NCBI GenBank assembly: GCA_951406725.2
Contig: OX597817.1
Location: 130,324,001 to 130,388,000 of the forward strand
DNA length: 64,000 nucleotides
Origin: Octopus vulgaris
Taxonomy: Eukaryota
Direction: 5' to 3'
Within the stretch, counting starts at the first letter, position 1, and every line of letters begins with the position of its first letter. Shown here one piece after another: positions 28,415 to 43,993 of this stretch. The position numbers and the translations under genes were made by a program. Below the pieces are notes generated by a model. That model saw only the letters and a list, made by a program, of their open reading frames with translations. It ran no database searches and was not told the DNA's origin.

Positions 28415-29141
28415 CACATGCTCACATATATTTGTGTGTGTATACATATATGTGGATATATATGTATATATATGTATGTATGTATGCATGCATATATGTA
28501 TGTATGTGTGTGTGTGTATGTGGGTGGGTGTATGTATGTATGTATGTATGTATGTATGTATGTATGTATGTATGTATGCCGCAGAGATGAGAAAGGCCGA
28601 AGAGGGAAGGAATAATCGTCATGACGCTTTTCCGCACAATTTTCATGTTTTCCCCCAAGTCGTGCCACTTAAAGGCTTATGGCTCTTCTCCGTGATACTC
28701 CAACACAAAGAACAGCTATCATCATCATCATCATCATCATCGTCGTCATCATCATCATCATCATCATCATCGTCATCATCATCATGTACATATATCCAAG
28801 AGAATGTGAAAGGAGCCACCTCCTTTGGTTCTTTTCTGTCTTTTACCATCACAGCCAAGGCTAATGGTGGTGTATTACTCTTACAAAATAGGTCGTCGAT
28901 CCAACTTGTCGAGTGAGTGCTGACCTATTCACTAAAGCAGCTAGCGATAGTGAAGTAGTTAGTGTCTTTGTTTTGTTCAACCTGTCATTCTGATTTATGT
29001 TTGTAGGCTTAAGTTGTGTATCAAACAGGTATGTTAACATATGTAACTAACGTGTGATGGTATGTATTGGCTTCTGACGTTAATGTAAGGTAATTCAGGT
29101 GGCAGCCCGATCAGTTTCTTATACCTTCATATATGCAAACA

Positions 29142-29201
<60 letters not shown>

Positions 29202-29294
29202 AGAGAGAGAGTGTGTGTTTAATATCTACTTATCTATCGAAGAATCTATCAACTTTTATATATACTTCTTTCACTCTTTCTCATTGTTACTACC

Positions 29295-29368
<74 letters not shown>

Positions 29369-30261
29369 CAATCTCACTAAGCTTCTATCTAGCAACCTTA
29401 TTTTCTATGCATTCTCTATTTCTATATGTATATTATATGTTTGCTTATTTCTGTCTACAATACGTACATGCAGGTATATATTTCTACCTGGTCTAGCTAC
29501 CATATAGAGGTTTCCCTCATTGGCTCATACATACATATATACATAAAATCGAAATAAAATACTTAAAGCAACAGGCGTCAAATACAAAAGCCAAGGTTCA
29601 TGCAGTGTCATGGGCCAAAAAAAATTCCAACTGTGTAATCGTAATCTACATCGTTTGAAAGGTATATGTATAAAATTTCATTAAAAAATACCTATTTTCC
29701 AGAAAGTTATGAGGAGGAAAATGTCAGGTCCTGTGAATTTTCCGAAACACCTCTCTCCAACCCCCCGGAAAAAATTTTTCAACAAATCTTTAGATAACAC
29801 TCAAATTACAGTATATGAGCGATTATTTGGTGGAGGTTTCGTTTAAAGTATTCATCTTTCTGGAAGTTATGAGGCAACAAGGTCGGTAGAGTGTTAAACT
29901 GTAGTTATGCTTTTTTCAATAAAAGTTAACTTTAACGGATTAACGTTAAATTCCGTCACATTTTCAAAGAATTAACGGATTAACAATTAACGATGTCAAC
30001 TTTTTGGTTAACGGATTAACGATTGACAGAGTTAACTTTTCGATTAACGGTGTCCACCTCTGTATATATATGTATATTGTATTTCGGACTATATGTTTGG
30101 TGTTACTTTGCTTCAGTGTTAAGTAACACCAAATATATAGTGCGTGTGTTTTTATTGGCTAAACTGGCAAAATGACCATTCCGAAATACAACAATATCTG
30201 TTTCAACACACGATTTCACATAAAAAATCTTGCACAACAAATATATATATATATGTATGTA

Positions 30262-30350
<89 letters not shown>

Positions 30351-30359
30351 CATACATAC

Positions 30360-30463
<104 letters not shown>

Positions 30464-30812
30464 TACACACACCTACATACATACATACATACATACATAT
30501 TTCTAGTAATTTTTATATGTTTCCAATCTCGATTATCTATCTCCGTCTTTGTGAGTAAACTAAGGAAATGGATCAGGAAAAGTGGGAGTTAACAGAGTTT
30601 ATTTTGCTAAGAACATATTACAATTGAATCTAAAAACCCAATTTTTTCCATTATGCAACAAAAGATGTGGTTGACAATGTCTAAGAAGGTGTTTTTATAT
30701 CAATTAAACTTAACAGACTAATTAGGAAAATACAAAAAACTCATTAATAAAGAATTATCGAAAATATACACAGTCGTGTATACAATATAACATGCCTGAA
30801 AGAAAAACTGAC

Positions 30813-30971
<159 letters not shown>

Positions 30972-31007
30972 TGACTGTTTATCTATTTATCTATCTATGT
31001 ATGTATG

Positions 31008-32053
31008 CGAGGGGGAGTCAAAAATTATCCGCACTTTTGCCATATTTTTATGACTGTCACACTGCCTTCTGCGCATTCGCGCTTATAGAAGGTACTGTGG
31101 TCACGATTAAGGCGGCGAGCTGGCAGAAACGTTAGCACACCGGGCGAAATGCGTAGCCGTATTTCGTCTGCCGCTACGTTCTGAGTTCAAATTCCGCCGA
31201 GGTTGACTTTGCCTTTCATCCTTTCGGGGTCGATAAATTAAGTACCAGTTACGCACTAGGGTCGATGTGATCGACTTAATCCGTTTGTCTGTCCTTGTCT
31301 GTCCCCTCTATGTTTAGCCCCTTGTGGGTAATAAAACAATAGGTATTTCGCCTGCCGCTACGTTCTGAGTTCAAATTCCGCCGAGGTCGACTTTGCCTTT
31401 CATCCTTTCGGGGTCGATAAATTAAGTACCAGTTACGCACTGGAGTCGACATAATCGACTTAATCCGTTTGTCTGTCCTTGTTCGTTCGCTCCTTGTGGG
31501 TAGTAAAGAAATAGGTATTGTGGTCACGTGATCGAAGTTCGAGTTTGATCGCGCCATTTTTTTTTTCTGGCTTTACAATGTAAGCATCGCCGCTCCACTA
31601 GCAATATCCACCAAAGAAGAAGAAAGAGTAGTGATCCAATCGATGGAGCTTGCTGAATCTTCTCGTCAACGGAGCAGGTTGACGAGCGTCCTGTTCCCTC
31701 GATGTGTGTCACGCTTGTCCAGCCACTTTTAAACTTCTCGATCCACTCATACACATTTCTACGCGGTAGTGCACTATCACTGTATTGTACTAAAATCCCC
31801 CGATGAATTTCATCACTTGACACACCTTTCGACCAGTGAAATCGGATCACTGCTCTTTGTTCTTCTTAGGTGCACACTGCTAATGGAACGTCCATGCGTA
31901 CACTGAAAAGCCAAAGAAAAATGGCGCCATCAGGCTCAAACTGCGATCACGTGACCCAAATAGTACCAACTATAGGCAGGCATGCGCAGAAGGCAGTGTG
32001 ACAATAATAAAGATATTTTGGTGAAAGTGTTGATAATTTTTTACTTCCCTTCG
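31008..32053 (-). mobile_element. Internally deleted mariner element with long inverted repeats; N-terminal transposase remnant 31660-31890
   Basis: Ends cgagggggagtcaaaaattatc / gataattttttacttcccttcg. Peptide IRFHWSKGVSSDEIHRGILVQYSDSALPRRNVYEWIEKFKSGWTSV...GRSST (mariner HTH). Confidence 0.85.
31106..31512 (+). mobile_element. SINE family B, partial dimer, inserted in the mariner element with a ~16-bp TSD
   Basis: Head ggcggcgagctggcagaaacgttagc...gagttcaaattcc. aggtaYtgtggtcacg occurs at 31090-31105 and 31513-31528. Confidence 0.88.
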
Positions 32054-32193
32054 TATGTGTGTATGTGTGTGTGTGCATGCGTGCGAGCGTGTTTGTGTGT
32101 GTGTATATATATATATATCGCCATGTTGATTCGTTAGTTACTGCACGCATTTTTTTTCTCTCCTTCTTTCTGTGTTTTTTTTCTCTCTGTGTA

Positions 32194-32231
32194 TCTTTCT
32201 GTTGAAGAGCGTAGGCTCGAAACGTTAAAGA
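32194..32231 (+). ncRNA. Minimal hammerhead variant (CTGTTGA core)
   Basis: tcttt-CTGTTGA-agagcgtaggctc-GAAA-cg-TT-aaaga; palindromic AACGTT. Confidence 0.55.
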
Positions 32232-32328
32232 CTTGTTTTATTTATATTTCCTGAGCGCCATACTAATACAATTGTTTGTTTGTTTTCCACCTGCCTTCGT
32301 CTTTTGTCTATTTTCATAAAGCTTCCCG

Positions 32329-32540
<212 letters not shown>

Positions 32541-32590
32541 GCTAGCCACTTCACATTCTTTATTTTCTCTCCTTGTTTCTTTCTGTGTTC

Positions 32591-32626
32591 CTTTCTGCGG
32601 AAGAGCGTAGGTTCGAAACGTTAAAG
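32591..32626 (+). ncRNA. Minimal hammerhead variant (CTGCGGA core), second copy
   Basis: cttt-CTGCGGA-agagcgtaggttc-GAAA-cg-TT-aaag. Confidence 0.45.
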
Positions 32627-32713
32627 ACTTTTTCAGCTCCCGAGCGTTAAACTAATACATATGTTTGTTGTCTACACCACCTGTCTTCGTCTTATATTAT
32701 TTTGTGAATTCTC

Positions 32714-32752
<39 letters not shown>

Positions 32753-32884
32753 TATCGTGCAATGCCTGTGCAAGAAGATTTTTTTTAAGGTGAGGAAAGG
32801 CTGTGCACTGAGTCAATCCCACTCACTAAGCAACAGCAGACATAATCCGAAAAGAAGAGAAGTCAACATCATCGGTAACCACTG

Positions 32885-33227
32885 AGCTGCAGGTTTTATG
32901 TCGGAGTTATCCCAGTTACCTGAGTTACCTTCTCCTAGAAGGATGCCCTAACAAAAGCTAGGAGTCCTTCACTCCCAATGGTTTAACCGCGCGATCGGGT
33001 ATTCAGTCCGATTATTTCTATGTCCCCGCGCATGATACAGCCTTAAGATATTTATTTGATGGCCGTTGACTCTCAAGAGTTCCTCCTGAGGGGTTTTGTT
33101 TTCCATCCCGCAGGATGTTCAATAAACACCCTCCTTGGTGGGGTTGCCGGTTTAGTCGCCGACGACCCGACCATGCAACAGGTTGTACTGGGTTACATGT
33201 TACCAGTAGCACTCGAAAGTGACCTGA
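32885..33227 (-). mobile_element. Interspersed repeat, probably an RTE-type 5' region (partial copy 46208-46325, plus strand)
   Basis: acccagYacaacctgttgcat..ggg..gtcggcgaYtaaaccggca is shared between the copies. The minus-strand ctaggagaaggtaactc motif resembles the RTE 5' UTR. Confidence 0.5.
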
Positions 33228-34453
33228 CACATACATACATACATAGAAATACATATGTGAGTGTATGTGTGTGTGTGCGTGTGCGTGTGTTGTGATCAGA
33301 CAGTCTCCAAAGAGGCTGGTCTTCGTCGCTAAGACGTATATTATGTGGTAAAATCGATAAAAAGCATAAAGTGAACATACATTTCGGACAGTGCCCTTTA
33401 TCGGGGAAAAGCTTAAAGAAGAGGAATAAATGAGAAAGAACAGAGATTTTTATCTTCTTAGTTAAAAATAATGTCAGCATCTGATAAAGAACACAGAATC
33501 TCGTGAGCTTCATACGTAAATGAGAAATGATAGGAGAAGCAGTGTGTGAAAGAAGAAACGAATAATGGAATGAAGAGAAGCAGATAAATGTCAAGAGTGG
33601 GATGAAAGGAAAAGATTAGGTGAGAGGGAAATTGGAGGATAAGAAAAGGTTTAACAAAAAGATAGTGTATGAACGGAAGGAAAAAAGGTTCATTTAAACC
33701 AAGGTACCGAGCCGGTTAACAGAACCTGAGGCCAAATGGTTGGAAAGCAAACATCTAAACTACACAACTACCCCTGCGCCTATCATGTTTCATCAGAAAT
33801 TTAATCTCACTTAGGAAGACCTATAATCAAAAATCAAATATATGACAATAAAGCTTATTTTTTAAGGAAGATTGGAAGTTTCTTGTGTATGCACGTCACT
33901 CCTCTCTACGACATCTATGTGTATCCATGGAGAAAGTCACCGACTTGCCAGTACAGTGTTGGCGTCAGTGGCTAAACGTAAAAAGCCCGAAAAAATACTG
34001 CAATATATCTTACATGACCATCTAATACTTCTGCCTAAACACCATTTTGGATTAGTTATTAATATTATTACCATTAACAGCTGTGTGTCGAACAGCTTTT
34101 ACCACCTGTGGGATGAAGCCCAGTATACCCATTATTACTAAGGGTGTTGAAAGAAACACCCTTGATTCCAGAGATGAATTATTAAGACCCTCTAAAGAAT
34201 TCTTCACAACACATGGCTATGACGTTCCCCCACTACCTTTGCTCGTGATCAGAGATGCACATATTGTCATCTACCAAGGCACATGCTCAACTGGTTGCAA
34301 ACAACTGACAAGCAAATCTGTGGTATTGAGCAGAATATTTGCTACAGCCCATCTTTTATACCAAGACAAAACAATGCACATGATAACACTTCCAATCAGT
34401 TAAGATCAGAAGCCATGAGAGCCAATGCCTGGTATTGCATCCGGACATTTCTT

Positions 34454-34564
<111 letters not shown>

Positions 34565-34831
34565 CTCCCTGAAAGGATGATATATATATAGAGAGAGATG
34601 ACCTTGGCCGGATTTGAGTTCAGAACGCAGGCATTCTATGCAACACTAACGACTTTCCCACTGTCACAACTAGTTAATGGTGTTTTTCTCCTCAACAGAA
34701 GTGTAATTTTAACTAATTGCATTAATCTCATGCGTCACTACTTTAAATATGTTAGCATCCATCGTATATATATATACATATGTATACATATACATATACA
34801 TATATACATATACAGACAGACAGACAGACAG

Positions 34832-34904
<73 letters not shown>

Positions 34905-35051
34905 ACAAACTGGGACAAGAACCGGATCATCCTCGCAATTTCGGCTGATATATATATATATATATACATGTGTGTGTGTGTGTGTGTATGTATATATTAC
35001 ATATATATATGTACATATATATACATATATATACATACACATACATACATT

Positions 35052-35148
<97 letters not shown>

Positions 35149-35973
35149 CTACATATATATATATATATATACACAGAGAGAAAGATAAGCATGCGCGCAA
35201 GCACATACGCACGCACACACCTAATTTATTTTAATTGCACCTAATTTTATGAAGATTAAGCTGTCGTCCGATAAACTGGACACTGACATCACAACAAATT
35301 CTCTAATATAGAACAGAATAGAATAGAATACAAGGAAAATATATTATACATGAAAATATTAAATACATGTATCTAACCCTTAATTCTGCATGCAAACTGC
35401 CTCCCAGCATAGTACCCTAGCAACAAGGTCAGCTCACTCTTGCACGTTAATTGTTGACTACATCAACAATATAATAATTGCCATGGTGTATTTATATATT
35501 TGGTGTCACGCATAGCGTCCTAACTAGTTTTGAATATCTTTGTATATAACGAAAAACTAAACTATTTTCGTAACCATAGAAATTACAAGTGTTTTTGAAT
35601 TTTTATGAAAAATAATTTCACTCTCCAGAAGATTTAGCGAATAGATAGATATTTTTCCGAGATATTTTCGACATTTTGTTTATATACAAAGATCTGTATA
35701 TAAATAGAAGCTGAGAATTCAATAAACACGACGCACTCATGTACATACTCAATAAACAAAACGCAAAGCGTGTTTATTTGTGTGTATGTAAATGTGTGTT
35801 TGTTTGTGTGGTGTGTGTTTGTGTGATGCGTGCATGTGTGTGTTTGTACGTCTGTTTATGTGTATGACTGTGTGTGTATGTGCGTGTGTATTACCATGTG
35901 ACACGTGAATGTATTTAAATGTTATCATCTCGTATGCACCTAAATAAGTGTATGCATGAGAAAGAGTGGACGA

Positions 35974-36031
<58 letters not shown>

Positions 36032-36102
36032 GGATGGTTGGATGGATGGATGGATGGATGGATAGCTACGAACATAGATACATACATACATACATACATA
36101 CA

Positions 36103-36135
<33 letters not shown>

Positions 36136-36414
36136 GCATGCATACATACATATGTGTCTGTGCATATCTGCACACACATGCATACAGCTACATACATACA
36201 GATCTACAGATACCTACATATATCAATCTTTTCTACTTTAGGCACAAGGCCCGAAATTTTTGGGGAGGGGACCAGTCGATTAGATCGACCTCAGTACGCA
36301 ACTGGTACTTAATTTATCGACTCCGAAAGTCGACCACGGCGGAATTTGAACTCAGAGCATAAAGACAGACGAATTTCGCCCGGCGTGCTAACGTTTCTTC
36401 CAACTCGCCGCCTT

Positions 36415-36449
<35 letters not shown>

Positions 36450-36467
36450 GTTATCTTACCGTTTTAT

Positions 36468-36509
<42 letters not shown>

Positions 36510-36749
36510 TAATGTGCTGTATAAGTGTGTGTGTGTGTGCTTTGTGTGTGTGTGTGTGTGCTTTGTGTGTGTGTGTGTGTGTGTGTGTGAGTGTGTGTGT
36601 ACGTTGTCATATACGATGTGATTATTTTTTAATATATCTGAGGCGTGTAACGATATGTGACTGTTGAGTACGTATATGAGTACGTGTGTACGTGTATGTT
36701 TGCATGCGCATCTGCATATACATTCAATATATATTGTACATATTTGCGT

Positions 36750-36842
<93 letters not shown>

Positions 36843-37217
36843 TAGATAGATAGATACATATATATATATATATTCATGTTTATGCGTGTGTCAGCATGTT
36901 TGTGGATGCATCTGAATGTTTGTACACCAACAGAACGCATGTGTGTAAATACATGTCTCTAATCGCGTGTTCTCTAATTTGGCAGTGTTTGTATATACGC
37001 GCACGCGTGTATTCAAGATAACACCTGTGTTTATATGTGCATGTTTGCGTAGTAAGAAGCATGTGTATTTGTGTACATTTGTGTGCACGTAGTGAGAACA
37101 AATGCATAAATATATATATATTTGTATTTAGACTATGTTTATGTACATGTGCATATATGTGTTTGCGTGTGAATGCTTAGTAAGCAGCCCTCCTCAGTAT
37201 TTTATATATTATATATA

Positions 37218-37416
<199 letters not shown>

Positions 37417-37495
37417 TCATAAAATATGCACATGTATGCAGAAAAATACTGAGGGCTGTTTACTAAGCATTCACGCGCAAACACACATATGCATA

Positions 37496-37553
<58 letters not shown>

Positions 37554-37629
37554 CATATATATGTACATATACATATACGCATACATTTTCGCATATAGAT
37601 TTTTGCATGTTCTGTGAGTGCGGGGGTGG

Positions 37630-37800
37630 GGAGTAACCTTGAATATATATTGGCAAATGCTAGCTGATAATAAGACACGGGAGGAGATATTCGTTCCAAG
37701 ATTAAATTTACAAGATTAAATTTACACTCGGTAATATCAACCTTCTCTTCAAACAAGCATCAATTTCCAACGTTTTTAAAATTAACATTAACAAATCGCA
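37630..37800 (+). mobile_element. Decayed Helitron Pif1-like helicase fragment
   Basis: [10 protein letters not shown]...KHQFP...INKS(H), read across frameshifts, resembles V.IPRI.L...RRQFP....TINKSQ. Confidence 0.5.
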
Positions 37801-38062
37801 TATTCCCCCCACTATGTTGTGTAATCATCTTCAATACATTGTTGTGATAAACATATTTGACATAATTTTGGGGAATGTATTTTTTCTGATAACTTTGGAT
37901 TAACACAGGCCGTGTGAATGATATCGGATTGACAGAAATTGTGCAGATACAATTCATTCGTTAGATGGATTGTACCAGAAATTTACAAGTACAGTCTTGT
38001 TACACATTGTGACTCCTAATTCTGCCTGAAGATTACGTTAAGGATACATGTATGCGAGGAAT

Positions 38063-38569
38063 GTTAGTTAGTTAGTTAGTTAGTTAATTTGGCTCAAAAG
38101 CAAATAGCAAGGCCATGTAGGGGGACATGGAGTTAAGTACAGGGTGGTGTTCATGTAAAGAGTTCAGGCCACTTGAGGTCAAGAGAGACTTTGAACAAAG
38201 CGGTCGTCGGCATCTTCACCATCTCGTCTGGCAGCTTGTTCCACGGATCCGCAACCCGGACGGAGAAAGCTCCTCTCCTTCGATTGAGATGAAATCGTCG
38301 CAAGTAGAGCTTTTCGGAATGAGCCCGCAGCCGACGCTCTGGAGCAGGAGTGAAGAACAGCTCTTTCAAGAGGTTACACTTTCCGCTTATGATGCTGTGG
38401 GCGAGAATGAGACCACCACGGCGACGGCGTTTTTCTAGAGAATAAAGGTCGAGCGTCCTCAGTCTTTCTTCATAGGACAAATTTTTGAGACCATGAACCA
38501 TGCGGGTAGCCAGCTTCTGGACTCTTTCGAGATGCTGTATGTCTTTGAGGAGATAAGGAGAAGAGGCTT
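38063..38569 (-). mobile_element. CR1-clade LINE 3' end with (CTAA)n tail
   Basis: SPYLLKDIQHLERVQKLATRMVHGLKNLSYEERLRTLDLYSLEKRR.RG.LI...FSVRVADPWNKLP...FK..LD. Confidence 0.92.
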
Positions 38570-39002
38570 ACTCAGCCATGTAATTAAATGAGCAGTTATT
38601 TCAGTTTATTATACCTAAATAATGATCATTGAGATCGACGAAGTTACACTTCCTTTGTGTCATTTATGCCTTTTTCGTTGCTTTCCCTGATTCTCATGAC
38701 TCTCTGTCGTCATCTAATTCCATTATTATAAATTTTGAATCGGTAACTTGATTCATAGTGAATCTTTCATTAGCTGATTACACAACCATGAATGCCACCC
38801 CTATGGATGTGTTGCAGTTATTCTCTTGAAAGAGCTTGGTGATCCTGACCGTTGATCTTCTTGGATTCCTCCACTCAGCATCAAAGTAAGAAGCATCGTT
38901 GGCTCAGTCGAGCTCTTCCGCTACATCTTCACAATCTGTCATGCTACAGTCCCGCAACTTCGCCGTATCACTGGCAGGGTGGCTGAACGGGTGCCGTGCT
39001 TT

Positions 39003-39074
<72 letters not shown>

Positions 39075-41143
39075 GTGTCTATGTGTAATGTGTGTATTTT
39101 TGTGTACATGTTTGTACATATCTACTTGTATATATGACTACTGACATTAAACTGTATCCGGAAGCAGACCCCTATTTCGGGAGTTCTATAGGTTTGAGAA
39201 GTTGTGAAGTCACCTCTTACCCACTATTGTTCCCAGGTCTACACTGGCTCAGAGTAGTAGCACCCGTCAGAGCCCCAACTAAGAGTTAATTAGCATTTTA
39301 GGGCTTACCTGCCCATACATGTGAAGACTAGAATCGGCGGACCCTACGGAAAAAAAACCTTCATAGTTCAACAGAGAAGTGGCCACAGCAACATGTGGAG
39401 TGCAGTAAAGCATCTTGGTCGTCCACGATATTCGTCCCTGTCCCCAATCGTCTTGTCCTGGTCTTGCCACTGGATTAAAGGATGTCACGGACGAGTGAGT
39501 TTGGGGGTGCACAACACTTCGTCAATTTAATCAAAGTCTCCAAGCAAGATATCAGCCATCTTTAAAGGTGACTGGATGGTCCACGTCGCCCCGAACATGT
39601 ATGGGTGTATCAATGAATTTATGTGAAATATAGACAAACCGTCGCCATGTTCTACTTAGTCATTGGGTAACTTTATCTGCATTCACTACCTTACAGGAAT
39701 CTGGGGGCCAGTGCTCTGGTTTTAGGATAACTTAGTGTAATGGTGTGTAACTTTCTACCATAACAACCGACGAGTTGTGCATTTTTTCCTTACTTCCCTC
39801 CAATCTTAGAAATTCTATCGATAAAGATCACGGGTAATGTATCCTTTTTTTCCCAGTCATGAAGCGTTATATTTTTCACTTATTTCAGTCATTGGACTGC
39901 GATCATGCTGGGGCACCGCCTTCAATTGCTTAATCAAACAAATCAACCCTGTATTTATTTTTCTGATACCTGGTATTTATTCTGTCAATCATTTTTCAGC
40001 GAACCGCTCGGTTACTGGGATATAAACAACCCAAAACCAGTTGCTAAGCGGTGGGCCGAACAAACACAAACACAAAGACATACACATTTTCACTTGGCGG
40101 GCGATGCATTGTGTCCTTAAGCAAAGACACTTTATCTCACATTGCTCCAGTCCTCTCAGCTGGCAAAAGATATGTTGTAGCTGTAAGTCAAAGGGCTTGC
40201 CTTGTTCCATTCTGTGTCACGTTGAGTCTCCTTGAGAACAACGTTATGAGTCAGTCATTTTGCACGTTAATTTCACAAGTAGGCTGCTCCATTGATCGGA
40301 TCACATGGAACACACGTCGTCGTAACCGACAGTGTCAATATTGACACGCGCGCGCGCGCACATAAATATCACCGTGATCACTGTGACCGACCAGGCTATC
40401 AGATGTTGCTACACATCGCTAGTCACGATGCGCTTTGCATTGTTTTATATATATATATATTTTATATATATTGCATTGTTTTATATCTATATATATATAT
40501 ATATATATATATAACTGGCTTCCACACAATTTCTCTCAATTAAATTCATACAAGCCATTGGTCGTCCCGGGGTTATAGTAGAAGATATTTGCCCAAGGTA
40601 CAGAGCAACGGGACAAAAACCGAAACCACGTAGTTGTAAAACGAACTTCTTAACCATACAAATTTCCAGCAAATCCTGAATTGCTATAGGCTCGTCCCAT
40701 TCCTAGAGCTTCTGATGTACCAGTGTCATCGACGAAATCAATATTATCTTCACTAATTCTGACATTGAATAACCACAGATTAAAGTAATCCTGTTTAAAA
40801 GTCCATGCATCTGTCAATATCTCTGAATTCTTCAGAAATGCTTTCACGCTTTCTATCATGACGTGATGTCCTAGCTTATCTAGATAATCAGCAATGTGTA
40901 TATATATGTGCATACATACTCACACACGCATATATACACGCACACACATATACATATACATATAAATATATATTTATACGTATGTGTGTGCATATTATAT
41001 GTATACATAAATACGTATGTGTTTCTATGTATATGTATATACGTATATACCTACACACACATGCATATTTATGTATATATACAATATATACACACATATA
41101 TAGATAAATATAATTGATATAAATGCATATGTGTGAGAACATG

Positions 41144-41250
<107 letters not shown>

Positions 41251-41630
41251 GTACTCGCTTACATGCATGTCCCTTATATTGAATAACTTTCCATAATTGG
41301 TAAACTTAAAGAAAGAGAAAGGGAGATTGAATAAATGCATAAACGTGCAGAACAGACAGAATATTAATTTTAGTCTATTATACACACATACGAGTTAAGT
41401 CAAATGAAACCGCTGGCTCCACACTTAGTAGTGACCTTTTGACAAATCGTTAATTTCTTTCTTCTCTTTTCTTTTTTTTTTTTTTTTTGCAATCGTTACA
41501 ACCGTGACCAATTCAACTTTTCAAACAGTTTGTCTCAGATTATGTAGCTTATCAGTAGCTTCTTTTTGTATTGACCCATTTTAATGTTTTTCTTTTTTAC
41601 ATTTCCTTATGGCTCGCATATACATTATAT

Positions 41631-42015
41631 GGAAGCACTCCGTCGGTAACGACGATGAGGGTTCCGGTTGATCCGAATCAACGGAATAGCCTGCTCGTGA
41701 AATTAACGTGTAAGTGACTGAGCACTCCACAGACACGTGCACCCTTAACGTAGTTCTCGGGGATATTCAGCGTGACACAGAGAGTGACAAGGCCGGCCCT
41801 TTGAAATACAGGTACAACAGAAACAGGAAGTAAGAGTGAGAGAAAGTTGTAGTGAAAGAGTACAGCAGGGATCACCACCATCCCCTACCGGAGCCTCGTG
41901 GAGCTTTTAGGTGTTTTCGCTCAATAAACAGTCACAACGCCCGGTCTGGGAATCGAAACCGCGATCCTATGATCGCGAATCCGCTGCCCTAACCACTGGG
42001 CCATTGCGCCTCCAC
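41631..42015 (-). mobile_element. Full-length SINE family C with a 12-bp TSD
   Basis: tatacattatat at 41619-41630 and 42016-42027; tRNA-like head at the right end. Confidence 0.9.
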
Positions 42016-42029
42016 TATACATTATATAT

Positions 42030-42730
42030 TGACCCGAAAGGATGAAACTCAAAACCCACCTCGGCAGAATTTGTACTCAGAACGTAAAGACGGGCGAAAT
42101 ACCGCTAATCATTTTGTCCGGCGTGCTCACCGCCTTAGAAAACATAAATATTCGCTTCAAACTTTGTTACAAGGCCAGCAGTTTTAAAGGGAGGGGGTAA
42201 GTCGATTACATCGACCCCAATGCTCAACTGGTACTTATTTTATCGACTCCGACAGAACAAAAAGCAAAATCGCTCTCGGGGGAATTTCAGATCAGAACAC
42301 AAAGACGGAAGAAATGCCGCTAAGCATTTTTTCCGGCGTGCTAAGCATTCTGCCAGCTCGCCGCCTTAGAAAACTTATTTTACCGACTCCGAAATGATGA
42401 AAAGCAAAGTTGATCTCGGCAGAATTTGAACTCAGAACATAAATACGGGCGAAATACCGCTAAGCATTATGTCCTGCGTGCTAATTTGCCAGTTCGCTGC
42501 TTTAGGAAATATTGATATTCGTTTCAAATTTTGGTACAAGGCCAGCAGTTTTAAAAAGAGAGGTGAGCCGATTACATTGATCCCAATGCCCAACTGGTAC
42601 TTATTTTATCAATCCCAAAAGGATGAAAAGCAAAGTCGCTCTCGGCGGAATTTGAACTCAGAACGTAAAGACGGGCAAAATACCGCTAAGCATTTTCCCT
42701 AGCGTGCCAACATGCCGGCTAGCCGCCATT
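42030..42730 (-). mobile_element. Tandem cluster of four SINE family B copies or fragments
   Basis: Repeated ctcggcRgaatttgaactcagaac.taaagacgggcgaaataccgctaagcattt at ~42060, 42275, 42415 and 42640. Confidence 0.85.
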
Positions 42731-42967
42731 GTCGACTATTTTTTAACTGTTATACATAATGTAAGATTTTAACGATTTTTAACATTTTGTTTAACTGCTC
42801 AATACTTCATAAAGTAAAAACATTTGTATTATCATAGATATTAATTGGATTACCAAAAACTTTTGAGCCAGTTATGACTGGCCGTAAAGATACGTTAACA
42901 TAATCTACAACCGCTTTCTTACTGTAAACACAAATATTACGCACGCACAAACACACACACACACACA

Positions 42968-43009
<42 letters not shown>

Positions 43010-43725
43010 TACAGACACACTCGAGGTATAATATTTACGAAAAAAACATTTAAACAGAAAATGACAGAGTAACCTTTTCCATTAACCTATTTCCCGTATT
43101 TCGAATACAGTGTAATTCAATTAACTGCTGATTCGAGCAACTGTTACTTCGAACAATTGTTTTTTTTTTCTCTTGTCACGAAACTTGCGAATCGGTAGAA
43201 CGAAATGTGTCAGACAAACATCTTGTGATATTTTAACTTCACCTCTTTATATTCAGAGTCGAAATCACGCCGGGGCTGACCTTACTTTTCACCTTCCCGA
43301 GGTCGAGAAAATAAACTCTTCGACTCGTGCTGTGATCGATGTAATCGATTATTTAGCACTCTGCCATTAATTGCAATCAATATTATTGTAATATAACCAG
43401 GTAGTCATATTTGATTTCCACCTCACTACTCCCAGACGGCCGCAGGTTCTCCTGTTCACCTCGAGGTCACGATTTAGTAGCGTTATCGACTAAGACGTAA
43501 TATATTTATTAATTCTGACATTGAGCAACAACAGATTAGATTAATCCTCTCGTATCTATTCCTCTATCGTTGCTTTCAGAATTCTTCTGGTACTTTTCCT
43601 CGATTTATGTAATGCTGACTTAACTGGAAAGTATACTTCTTGGCAATTGTTAATTTTTCTTCTTTTCTATCTCCTCCACTTCTTTTTCTTCTTCCTCTTC
43701 CTCCTTCTCCTCCTTCTGCTTCATA

Positions 43726-43780
<55 letters not shown>

Positions 43781-43810
43781 CATTATTATTATTATCATTA
43801 TTATTATCAT

Positions 43811-43876
<66 letters not shown>

Positions 43877-43893
43877 CAGCAGCCGCAGCAGCT

Positions 43894-43939
<46 letters not shown>

Positions 43940-43959
43940 CAGCAGCAGCAGCAGCAGCT

Positions 43960-43993
<34 letters not shown>

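Noticed and set aside
28856-28880. atcacagcc, a miR-2-like seed
   Set aside because: The rest of the sequence and the hairpin geometry do not fit a pre-miRNA.
38063-38086. (TTAG)n resembling a telomeric repeat
   Set aside because: It is the 3' tail of the adjacent CR1 element.
40650-40913. Non-repetitive 87-aa ORF as a possible exon
   Set aside because: It shares sequence with 43490-43600 and has no recognisable domain; more likely a decayed LINE 3' end.
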